A DNA stretch of 64,000 nucleotides from a virus (taxonomy: Duplodnaviria > Caudoviricetes), in IMG/VR virus record IMGVR_UViG_3300043438_001421, positions 1,126 through 65,125 of that record, one strand, 5' to 3'. Made by a program: the position numbers and the translations under genes. Below, in pieces: positions 56,047 to 64,000 of this stretch (position 1 is its first letter; every line of letters starts with the position of its first letter). The notes beneath the pieces are model-generated. The model was given only the letters and a program-made list of their open reading frames with translations. It had not been told where the DNA came from and ran no database searches.

Positions 56047-56712
56047 ATGAGTATGTTCAAGACTCTTTCTGATCTCAGGAAGAACACAATTGAAAATAAG
56101 GGCTCTGGTGGCCCGCAGGATGGTGAAAGAGTACAGCGGTATTTCACTGTAAAGTCCGGAGAATCTTTTCTCATCCGCTTCCGTCAGGAGTTGACTGAGG
56201 ATTCGCAGAATTATTCTGAGGATGCTGGTGTCGCTCATGTTGTTTCTGTTCACACGAACCCGAATGATTTCCGTAAGAGTGCAGTTTGCACAGGTGATCA
56301 TGAGGAGTTTGGTTATCGCTGCTTTGGTTGCGAGCAAGTTGTTCGTGATCGTGGCTGGAAGGCCAAGCAGCATCTTCTTGTGAATGTTGCTGTTTACAAT
56401 GCCGAGGATGATGTTTGGGAACCGCGTGTTCTTGATCAAAAGTTCACGGGTGCTCATGTTGCTGAAACTATTGTTACTTTCGCTACTGAGTATGGAACGA
56501 TTCTTGATCGTGATTTCAAGATTTCTCGTACTGGTCAGAAGCAGCAGACAAAGTACAACCTCATTCCCCTTGCACCTAAGGATGCGAATGAAAGCATTGC
56601 AAGTCTTCCGATGCACGATTTGACTCGCGTGTATCGAATCATGAATCCTGCTGAACAGGCCGGTTTCTATATTGCCGAAGACGATTCTTCTAGCTCTAAC
56701 GACTGGAAGTAG
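56047..56712 (+). CDS. single-stranded DNA-binding protein (gp32-like)
   Basis: IRFRQELTED, H...C...CFGC, KISRTGQKQQTKYNL, acidic tail ending in W; typical replication-block position. Confidence 0.8.
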   Translation: MSMFKTLSDLRKNTIENKGSGGPQDGERVQRYFTVKSGESFLIRFRQELTEDSQNYSEDAGVAHVVSVHTNPNDFRKSAVCTGDHEEFGYRCFGCEQVVRDRGWKAKQHLLVNVAVYNAEDDVWEPRVLDQKFTGAHVAETIVTFATEYGTILDRDFKISRTGQKQQTKYNLIPLAPKDANESIASLPMHDLTRVYRIMNPAEQAGFYIAEDDSSSSNDWK

Positions 56713-56725
56713 GGTCTGCTCTTGT

Positions 56726-56754
56726 AATTGGGGCCGGAGTTTCCGGCCCCAATT
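56726..56754 (+). terminator. hairpin after ssb
   Basis: AATTGGGGCCGGA-GTT-TCCGGCCCCAATT. Confidence 0.7.
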
Positions 56755-56778
56755 CCTGACTGTATAAGGATATGTGAT

Positions 56779-57306
56779 TTGATAATTCTTGATATTGACG
56801 GAGTGGTAGCTGATATGTTTGGGGAACTTGATTTAGTTCTCCAAGAAGCAGGTTATCCGGCACACCATTGGGAAAAATGGCAGGGGTATCATTGGAGCGA
56901 GATTTATCCTGATATTGATAGGGATGTTCTTGATCTGTTTTTGAAGAATCCATTGTTGGCTAAGAACGCTAAGGCGTTTGAGGATGCTTGGTATTGGACT
57001 AATCATTACAGTTCTCAGTACGACATAATGTATTTGACTGCTAGAGATCCTGCTTTGACTCAGGTTACTTGGAACTGGTTCTTTGAGTGGGATATTCCGG
57101 CAGACTTTGTTGTGTTCGAAAAGAATAAGCCTGAGTTCCTCAGTCAAATTCAAGTTTCTGTTTATGTAGATGATTATCCTGATATGGTGAGGGAGTCTAG
57201 AGACTTGGGCATTAATGCTTTTCTTTTGAATCGTCCGTATAATATGAATGCAGATATTGATCCTGAGTTTCGGATTAATTCTTTGTGGGATATCAAATGC
57301 GTGTAA
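56779..57306 (+). CDS. 5'(3')-deoxyribonucleotidase (HAD, NT5C-like)
   Basis: ILDIDGVVAD, YLTAR, VYVDDYP, LLNRPYN; start probably the TTG at 56779. Confidence 0.85.
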   Translation: MIILDIDGVVADMFGELDLVLQEAGYPAHHWEKWQGYHWSEIYPDIDRDVLDLFLKNPLLAKNAKAFEDAWYWTNHYSSQYDIMYLTARDPALTQVTWNWFFEWDIPADFVVFEKNKPEFLSQIQVSVYVDDYPDMVRESRDLGINAFLLNRPYNMNADIDPEFRINSLWDIKCV

Positions 57307-57662
57307 TTGTTGCTGGCTCAAGGCACAGCAAGATAAATAAGGTTGCAGTCACAACTTTTCTCAATGGTCTTTACGTGGAGTATAAAGATAATCTTTGCAT
57401 TATTTTTTATGGCGAAGATTATATCTCCGACATTGTTGAGGAGTGGGTGCATAAAACATGGCCGGGGTCTAACTCAAAGAACTGCTTCAATTTGGAGTGG
57501 GTCATAAAGCATTGGTCTGGCGATGATGTGCAAGACATAGGCAATTCTATTGTCAAAGAATCAAAACCTGATTTAGCGTTTTTGTTTGGCTATGATCAGT
57601 ATGAAGTTCACAGAGCTTTGCGCTATGCGGAGGTTCCTACTTTTGTTGTGGAGAAATTATGA
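57297..57662 (+). CDS. SLOG/YspA-like (DUF2493-like) protein, divergent
   Basis: MRVIVAGSR N-terminus, ...KPDLAFLF. Confidence 0.6.
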   Translation: MRVIVAGSRHSKINKVAVTTFLNGLYVEYKDNLCIIFYGEDYISDIVEEWVHKTWPGSNSKNCFNLEWVIKHWSGDDVQDIGNSIVKESKPDLAFLFGYDQYEVHRALRYAEVPTFVVEKL

Positions 57663-58141
57663 GTGAGTTGTTGGTGAGCCGTCCCTCTTGGGATGAGTAC
57701 TTCCTTAATCTAGCGAAGGCTACTTCTCAGAGGTCAACCTGCCCAAGCCGAAAGGTTGGCAGTGTTATTATAAATCCTGAAACTAATCAGGTGATTTCTA
57801 TGGGATATAACGGTTCCCCTAGGGGAACGGCACATTGTGGCCCAGAATGCCTTACAAGGGAATCTGGGGGCGGATGGAGGAAGTGTAGAGCCATCCACGC
57901 TGAGCTTAATGCGGTGGTTTCTGCTGCTATGAATGGTGTGAGCACAAATGGTGCTACTATGTACTTGACTACAACGCCATGCGTTTTCTGTTCAAGGATT
58001 TTGATTAACGCCGGAATCAAGAAGGTGATTGCTCTCACGTTTTATCCACAAATGGAGGCGATTGAGCTCTTGCAGGAAGGTGGTATTGATGTTTATGTTG
58101 TCGAAGGGGATACGATCCCCCCTATTTTCATGGAGGCTTGA
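57659..58141 (+). CDS. dCMP deaminase
   Basis: RPSWDEYF, RSTC..RKVG, GYNG.P.G..HC, IHAELNA, PCVFC. Confidence 0.93.
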   Translation: MSELLVSRPSWDEYFLNLAKATSQRSTCPSRKVGSVIINPETNQVISMGYNGSPRGTAHCGPECLTRESGGGWRKCRAIHAELNAVVSAAMNGVSTNGATMYLTTTPCVFCSRILINAGIKKVIALTFYPQMEAIELLQEGGIDVYVVEGDTIPPIFMEA

Positions 58142-58347
58142 TGTATACTTCTAAGGTTCACAAAACGCAGAGTGCGGAGATTACCTTTTCCGAAGAGGAT
58201 TATAATAATTGGAAGTGGGATAATCCCGATGCGAAGCATACTCATGAGAAATATGTCGAAGAGATCGCTCTCGCTTTGATCGATGAAGATTCTTTTTGGG
58301 TTAATGATTCGATTGATATCGTCTGCATCTTACACGGAAGAGACTAA
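58141..58347 (+). CDS. hypothetical protein
   Basis: GGAGG RBS, TGATG coupling to the deaminase. Confidence 0.6.
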   Translation: MYTSKVHKTQSAEITFSEEDYNNWKWDNPDAKHTHEKYVEEIALALIDEDSFWVNDSIDIVCILHGRD

Positions 58348-58353
58348 GGCCTG

Positions 58354-61300
58354 ATGGCAGAATTTACGCATTTGCACAATCATAGTGAGTACTCGCTTCT
58401 TGATGGCATGACAACGCCTGAAGAGATGGCTAGCATTGTCAGTACTAATGGTCAGATTGCAGCAGCAATTACTGATCACGGCACTATGGGCGGGTTTATT
58501 AGATTTCAGAAAGCTTGCAAGCAGCAGGGCGTCAAGCCAATCTTTGGTGTTGAGGCTTACTTTGTCGATGATGTTTCGATGGATGATGAGACTAACAAGG
58601 CTGAGCGCTTTCATTTAATCTTGCTTGCGAAGAATGACAAGGGTCTTGAGAATCTTTTCCGTATTAACAATGTCGCATGGACTGAGCAGTTCTACTATAA
58701 GCCCCGTATTGACTTCAATAATCTTGAGCAGTATGGCGAGGGTCTTATTTGTCTTTCCGGTTGCATGGGAAGCGCTTTGTCTCAGGCTATTTTGAATGGT
58801 GATGAAAAACGTGCTGATCAGCTTCTTGGCAAATTCCAGGGCATCTTCAAGGACGATTATTATCTTGAGGTTCAGCCTCATAATCCTCCTGAGCTTAATG
58901 CCAAGCTTATTGATTACGGTGACTCGTACAATATTCCCATCGTTGGTACGCTTGATTGTCATTTCCCGACAAAGCAGGATGCCGGTGTTGAGGAAGTTCT
59001 CCTTGCTATTGGTCAGAACTCTTCGATGAACGCTGCGCAGAAACGTCATCATGCTTGCGGTGTTCATGATCTGATTGAGAAGATGGATTTGCTTTATCCT
59101 GAGCGCAGACTTTCTTTCAAGGATTTGCCGTTGTATCTGATGGATGCCCATGAGGTGCTTGAGCATTTCAATGATGCCGGAATTACTCGTCTTGATATCC
59201 TAGAGAATACTATGGAGATCGCTGAGAAGTGTAATGCCGAAATCAAGATGAACAATATGTTCCTTCCTTCTTATACGAAGGATATCAAGGTCGATATGTC
59301 GTCTAATGACTATCTTCGGGACGTGGCGTTCTTTATGTTGCAACAGAAGGGGTTCGCTAGTGATCAGGTTTATGTTGATCGCCTTGAGGAAGAACTTACT
59401 GTCATTGCAGGAAAGAATTTCTCTGACTACTTTTTGGTCCTTTGGGATCTTATCAGTTGGGCTGATAGTGACGGCATTGCCCGTGGGCCTGCCCGTGGTA
59501 GCGCTGGTGGATCTCTATTGTCTTATGTTCTTGGTATTACGAATATCGATCCGGTCAAGCATGGACTTCTCTTTTTTCGGTTTATCAATCCTGAAAGAAA
59601 CGATTTCCCGGATATCGACTTGGATTTCGAAGATCGTCGTCGCGATGAAGCGAAGGAGTATCTGAGAAATAGGTGGGGCGGAGAGAATGTTGCTGGTATC
59701 TCTGCTTACGGCACGTTCCAACCTAAGGGTTCGATTAAGGCTGTCGCTAGCGCTTTCGCTGTTCCTTATACTGAGGCTAATGCTATCTCTCCTATGTTCG
59801 AAACTTTCGAAGAGTATAAGGAGAAGGACGGACTTGCGAAGTTTAGGAAGAAGAATCCTGACGTTATAAAGGTTGCAGAGAGGCTTGCGGGTCGTTACAA
59901 GAACGCTTCTGCTCATGCTGCTGGTGTTGTGGTTTCCAATGTGCCTCTTGAGACTATCGTCCCAATTGAGGTTCGTGAGGAGGCTGGTACTAAGAGAAAG
60001 ATTAACGTAGTTGCATATGATAAAGATGAGACAGGTGAATTTGGCCTCATTAAATTTGATGCTCTTGGCGTTCGTGCGATCACAGTTATCAAAGATACTA
60101 TTGCTGCAATCAAAGAGAGAACGGGTAGAGACGTCTCAGAAGATAGTCTTAATATTGACAATCCAGATAGCAGAGTCTTTGCCGAGTTTACCGCTGGTAA
60201 TGTCATCGGCATCTTCCAAGCGGAAGGGGCTGGCTATGCTGCTCTCATTGGTGAAATGGGAGTGTCTAGTTTTAATGATTTGGCCGTTTCGAATGCTCTA
60301 GTTCGTCCGGGGTCTTATGTCACTCAGGGCAAGAAGTACCTTGCTCGTCGTGATGGGACTGAGATGACTACTTACGATCACCCTATTCTTGAGGGCATTC
60401 TTGGCGAGACTTATGGCACGTTTATCTTTGAAGAGCAGGTCATGAAGATCGCCGTGGAGCTTGCTGGTTTCTCTTGGGCTAAGGCAGATCGTCTTCGAAA
60501 GATTATCTCTAAGAAAAAAGATATAGCTGATTTCGATAAGTATAAGGAGGAGTTTGTCGCTGGTGCTTCTCAGTACATTAGCGCCTCCAAGGCTAAGGCT
60601 TTGTGGGCGGATATTGAGAAAGCATCTCTTTATATGTTCAACAAGTCTCATGCTACAGCGTATTCTCTTGTCTCGTATCAGACCATGTGGCTCAAGGTTA
60701 ATTATCCAGTAGAGTTCATTTGGGCAACTCTTTCCAATGAAACTGAGGGCGAGAAGATCACGACGTATCTTTTTGAGGCTCAGAGGATCGGGATTGAGAT
60801 TCTTGGTCCTGATGTCAACAAATCTAGTGCAGCGTTCTCTCTTGATGGTGATGCGCTTAGGTTTGGCCTTAGCAATATTGCTGGGTGTGGCGCTGCTGCT
60901 GTCAATGAGATTATGACTAAGAGGCCTTTTGATGATTACGATCACTTTGTAAATACTGTTGCTCGTTCTAAGGTCAAGGTTAACAACTTAGAAGCTCTTC
61001 AGAAGGTTGGCGCTTTTGATAGCATCGGTTTCGATTCTCCTTATGAGTCTCGTCGTTACTTCGGTCCACTTCTTAATTATCCAGTAACTATGAATGATAA
61101 GTCTCCGTTTGATGAGATCATCATGCCTTGTAATCTCGCTCAGGATACGAAGGAGGAGGTCAATCTTTATATTGTTCGTGGTGTTGTTAAGTCTACGAAG
61201 CGTACTCCTAAGTATTTCCGGGCTGAGATTGAGGATTCGACTGGTGTTGTTTCTTCTTTTGCTAATGGTGATGCTGTGATCAATAAGCGTGATTATGTGA

Positions 61301-61779
61301 TTGCTATTGTTGGTGATCAGACGATTCATCATATTGAGGATTTCAATGAGATTGAGACTGGTAAGTCTGATTCTAAGTTCTCGAAGTTTCTTCGGGGTCA
61401 GATCGATGGTGATCCGATGGATGAGTTCAGTTTCTTGTATGATCTTGGTGTTAAGCGCGAGATTGTCCCTAATGGGAAGTCAGCTACTCTTGCGTATTTG
61501 ATTAATACTGTTAGGTTTAAGACTCGTACTGATAGGGATATGTGTTCGTCGTATTTCTATATTCCTGATCAGGGTTGGGTGAAGACTGTTATGTTTGGTG
61601 AAGGTGTTATGGCAAATGATTCTGAGTTGAAGCGTTCGTTTGAGTGGAAGTTGATTAAGACTGTTCGTGGTAAAAATGATCTTCTTTCGCTTTCTCATGT
61701 CATTTCTGCTGAGAAGTGGTGTAAGATGAACTTGGTTGATATTGAAGAAGAAAGGTTGAAAGCCAATGCTAGTAGTTAA
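58354..61779 (+). CDS. dnaE: DNA polymerase III alpha subunit (DnaE-like)
   Basis: HLHNHSEYSLLDG, AITDHG, GPARGSAGGSL, FPDIDLDF, HAAGVV, FNKSHATAY; no intein seen. Confidence 0.95.
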   Translation: MAEFTHLHNHSEYSLLDGMTTPEEMASIVSTNGQIAAAITDHGTMGGFIRFQKACKQQGVKPIFGVEAYFVDDVSMDDETNKAERFHLILLAKNDKGLENLFRINNVAWTEQFYYKPRIDFNNLEQYGEGLICLSGCMGSALSQAILNGDEKRADQLLGKFQGIFKDDYYLEVQPHNPPELNAKLIDYGDSYNIPIVGTLDCHFPTKQDAGVEEVLLAIGQNSSMNAAQKRHHACGVHDLIEKMDLLYPERRLSFKDLPLYLMDAHEVLEHFNDAGITRLDILENTMEIAEKCNAEIKMNNMFLPSYTKDIKVDMSSNDYLRDVAFFMLQQKGFASDQVYVDRLEEELTVIAGKNFSDYFLVLWDLISWADSDGIARGPARGSAGGSLLSYVLGITNIDPVKHGLLFFRFINPERNDFPDIDLDFEDRRRDEAKEYLRNRWGGENVAGISAYGTFQPKGSIKAVASAFAVPYTEANAISPMFETFEEYKEKDGLAKFRKKNPDVIKVAERLAGRYKNASAHAAGVVVSNVPLETIVPIEVREEAGTKRKINVVAYDKDETGEFGLIKFDALGVRAITVIKDTIAAIKERTGRDVSEDSLNIDNPDSRVFAEFTAGNVIGIFQAEGAGYAALIGEMGVSSFNDLAVSNALVRPGSYVTQGKKYLARRDGTEMTTYDHPILEGILGETYGTFIFEEQVMKIAVELAGFSWAKADRLRKIISKKKDIADFDKYKEEFVAGASQYISASKAKALWADIEKASLYMFNKSHATAYSLVSYQTMWLKVNYPVEFIWATLSNETEGEKITTYLFEAQRIGIEILGPDVNKSSAAFSLDGDALRFGLSNIAGCGAAAVNEIMTKRPFDDYDHFVNTVARSKVKVNNLEALQKVGAFDSIGFDSPYESRRYFGPLLNYPVTMNDKSPFDEIIMPCNLAQDTKEEVNLYIVRGVVKSTKRTPKYFRAEIEDSTGVVSSFANGDAVINKRDYVIAIVGDQTIHHIEDFNEIETGKSDSKFSKFLRGQIDGDPMDEFSFLYDLGVKREIVPNGKSATLAYLINTVRFKTRTDRDMCSSYFYIPDQGWVKTVMFGEGVMANDSELKRSFEWKLIKTVRGKNDLLSLSHVISAEKWCKMNLVDIEEERLKANASS

Positions 61780-62728
61780 GGGTGGGGAGAAAATCCCTGT
61801 TCCAGAAGTTATTCCGACTCCATCTTTTGGGTTGAATTATATCCTTGGTGGTGGTCTGTGGAGTGGCCGTTATCATATTGTTTGGGGTAATCCTCAGGCT
61901 GGTAAGTCCACGATGTGCTTTCATGCTGCTGCAGAGGCTCAGAAGCTTGGTTATACGCCGGTTATTATTGATGCGGAGGGTTCTTCGACTGATGAGTGGA
62001 TGGAACATTGCGGTATTGATACTACGAACCGTATTGTAATTCGCTCTACGATCCTTGAGGATATCCTCAGTGTTATCATGCCGATGTTCCGGGACAAGGA
62101 TGCTAAGTATTTCTTTATCTTCGATTCGATTAATACTATTGTCATGGAGCAGTTTTATAAGAATGATGATGGCGTTGGTGGTATCGGCATTTATGCTCGT
62201 TCTCAGGGCGTCCTTATTCAGAAGGTTGCTGATCAGCTGATTTCCGGTGTCAATCATTGTGTCGTCTTTATTGCTCAGCAGACGATTGCTGCTAAGGGCC
62301 AGTACTTTGTTACTCAAGGCAAGTATGGCAATGCTGCTTTCCATTGGGCTACGAATATTATTCGACTCAATGCTGGCGAAGCTTCTGCCGATCTTGATCG
62401 TGATGATGATGAGCGCATTGTAGGACGTAAGGTGACTTGGCGTATCGATAAGTCTAAGCAGAAGTCGGTTCAGGGCACTAAGGGTGACTATTGGTTCTCT
62501 CCTCATAGCGCTGAGATCGATCATAACAAGGAAGCTTTCCATCTTGCGGTTCGTCATGGCTTGATCGCTAAGAAGGGCGCTTGGTTTGAGTATGGTGGCG
62601 AGAGGTATCATGGATCTGATAAACTTATTAAAGCCCTTTCGCAAGAAGATATGGATCAGATTTTCGCTGATCTTGAGAGTATCGAATTGATTTTCGAAAC
62701 TGAGGACGTAAGTTCCAGTGAGAGGTGA
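61766..62728 (+). CDS. recA: RecA-like recombinase
   Basis: PTPSFGLN..LGGG, Walker A GNPQAGKST, IDAEG, FDSI, KKGAWFEY. Confidence 0.88.
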   Translation: MLVVKGGEKIPVPEVIPTPSFGLNYILGGGLWSGRYHIVWGNPQAGKSTMCFHAAAEAQKLGYTPVIIDAEGSSTDEWMEHCGIDTTNRIVIRSTILEDILSVIMPMFRDKDAKYFFIFDSINTIVMEQFYKNDDGVGGIGIYARSQGVLIQKVADQLISGVNHCVVFIAQQTIAAKGQYFVTQGKYGNAAFHWATNIIRLNAGEASADLDRDDDERIVGRKVTWRIDKSKQKSVQGTKGDYWFSPHSAEIDHNKEAFHLAVRHGLIAKKGAWFEYGGERYHGSDKLIKALSQEDMDQIFADLESIELIFETEDVSSSER

Positions 62729-62999
62729 GAAGAGAGAGGCTGCGTTAGATGGTGCCAAACTTGTTAAGAATAGTGGTAGGGGTTTTCGCAAGGGTGATGC
62801 TGTCCTTGATGGAGATTGGCTCATTGATTATAAACATAATGAGTTTTCTTTTACTCTTAAGTCAACTGCTTGGTCAAAACATTGCAAGGATGCTTGGAAT
62901 GACGGGCACTACAGCCCCGCAATTAAGGTCATTTTTGGAGATGGAAGAATGGTTGCAATCATCGATTGGGACGAATTCATCGAACTCAAGGACAAGTAG
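62718..62999 (+). CDS. Holliday junction resolvase-like PD-(D/E)xK protein
   Basis: KNSGRG.RKGDA....LIDYK. Confidence 0.75.
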   Translation: MRGEKREAALDGAKLVKNSGRGFRKGDAVLDGDWLIDYKHNEFSFTLKSTAWSKHCKDAWNDGHYSPAIKVIFGDGRMVAIIDWDEFIELKDK

Positions 63000-63252
63000 C
63001 TCGGAAGATATCTTTAAGGATTGCGAGCCTTGCTTTTGTATGGTTTCGGAAGATGATGAGAACTTTTGTGGTGAACTTGCAGTGAAGGCTATGAATATGC
63101 CTTTTAATATTCCTGATATGCCTATGTGTGAACATCACTATGAAATGTTTGCGAATTGGACTCATGAGGATACGATTGGTGAACTTGTTGAAATGATGAC
63201 GGAGGAAGAAAGTATGAATAACTTGAAGGAGGAATTGGATGACGATCTCTAG
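62941..63252 (+). CDS. acidic Cys-containing hypothetical protein (start uncertain)
   Basis: CFC...FCG...MCEHH in the 3' part of the long track ORF; its 5' part overlaps the resolvase. Confidence 0.5.
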   Translation: MEEWLQSSIGTNSSNSRTSSSEDIFKDCEPCFCMVSEDDENFCGELAVKAMNMPFNIPDMPMCEHHYEMFANWTHEDTIGELVEMMTEEESMNNLKEELDDDL

Positions 63253-63601
63253 AGCTAGGGAAATGTCGGATGGAGATGTTGAGGTTGATCTTGATGAGAT
63301 TGCCGGAGCTTTGAGTGCAGAGGAGTATCGAGAGTTTAGTGATTGTATGGCTATTGTTCAGCGTGTCCTTGATCAGCCCAATGCTATGATGGGCTCTGAG
63401 GCGCTTATTCACGCAGCCAAGCTTGCTGCTTTGAGAACTAAGCTTGGTGCTAGGGCTCAGTATTACAAGACTTCGGAGAAGTCTATTCTCCAGCGTAGAC
63501 GGAAGGATTTGCTTATGTTGATGTTTACTGCTTTGGAGGAGAATATTAATACTCTGAAGCTTCTTGGTAAGATTGAGTCGGGGATGTCGAATAATCGATG
63601 A
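63239..63601 (+). CDS. hypothetical helical protein
   Basis: GGAGG RBS; typical position before the Cas4-like gene. Confidence 0.7.
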   Translation: MTISRAREMSDGDVEVDLDEIAGALSAEEYREFSDCMAIVQRVLDQPNAMMGSEALIHAAKLAALRTKLGARAQYYKTSEKSILQRRRKDLLMLMFTALEENINTLKLLGKIESGMSNNR

Positions 63602-64000
63602 AAGCTCTTATTAAGAATTTGAAGTCTATGCAACCTGAGCCTAAGAAGCCTAAGAAGCTCCCTGAGGTGACTCCTGAGGATAATCTCAATCTTGAGAAGT
63701 CTTTGGTTGATGCTATTTCAAGTAACCTTGAAGCCTCTAATGGTAGTTTTTGGAAGCAGAGCAATAGCTTTGCGCCTTCTAGTACTAATCAGTGTCCTCG
63801 TTATGCGGTGTATCGCTTTCGTGGGTATCAGCAAGAGATCTCTTTTCTTGGTCAAACGAGGAGACTTTTTGATCTTGGCAATAGGATTGAGGATGCTGTT
63901 GGTCAGATGTTTACTGATCTCGGTATTCTTGTGGATTCTCAGGTTGAGATGAATATTCATGATCCGGCTCCTGTTCGTGGTTATATCGATTTTATTATCG
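63598..64000 (+). CDS. Cas4-like / PD-(D/E)xK exonuclease (truncated by the window end)
   Basis: ATG at 63598: MKALIKNLK...SFAPSSTNQCPRY...FDLGNRIED...PVRGYIDFII, open to the edge. Confidence 0.8.
   Translation, partial: MKALIKNLKSMQPEPKKPKKLPEVTPEDNLNLEKSLVDAISSNLEASNGSFWKQSNSFAPSSTNQCPRYAVYRFRGYQQEISFLGQTRRLFDLGNRIEDAVGQMFTDLGILVDSQVEMNIHDPAPVRGYIDFII

Noticed and set aside
58354-61779. Inteins or introns in dnaE (also checked nrdJ, dnaB and recA)
   Set aside because: Lengths are normal, motifs are contiguous and no C/S...HN splice junctions were noticed
61769-62824. 351-aa antisense ORF opposite recA
   Set aside because: Mirror frame of a strongly biased gene; Ile/Thr/Asn-rich with no motifs, RBS or minus-strand operon context
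1-64000. Stop-codon reassignment
   Set aside because: Core genes are full-length in the standard code, all three stops are used, and no suppressor tRNA is present

Overview
This window is 64 kb of a large tailed dsDNA phage genome (long tape measure, siphovirus-like). The host is most likely actinobacterial, judged from a WhiB-like gene, an MSMEG_6728-type glycosylase, an actinophage-type DnaE/DnaB/DnaG/RecA/Cas4 replication block and many leaderless-looking genes. Layout: a few leftward genes (1-1719); a divergent AT-rich intergenic region; a rightward accessory region (peptide deformylase, C5 DNA methyltransferase, HNH, ThyX, amidase endolysin, an AT-rich amino-sugar/glycosyltransferase cluster, five tRNAs, HiPIP-like protein, HAD phosphatase, class II RNR); the virion module (portal, two adaptor+collagen-fibre cassettes, a multidomain prohead protease/scaffold, major capsid, neck, tail tube, frameshifting tail chaperones, tape measure, tail tip); then holin and replication genes running off the right edge. 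No terminase, integrase, CRISPR array or reverse transcriptase is visible. Best leads: (1) a possible capsid cargo-loading system, in which the prohead protease is a polyprotein of small domains separated by hydrophobic-x-K|[S/A] sites and a distant HAD phosphatase ends in a copy of the scaffold's near-terminal EGxWxGxF motif; (2) a phage-encoded 4-amino-6-deoxysugar and glycosyltransferase pathway in the same genome as giant Thr/Ser-rich collagen fibres with a C1q/BclA-like domain; (3) a dual-coding C5 methyltransferase; (4) a rare tRNA-Ile(UAU); (5) twin 55-aa basic peptides missed by the ORF track. All family assignments come from motif recognition by eye; no database searches were run.
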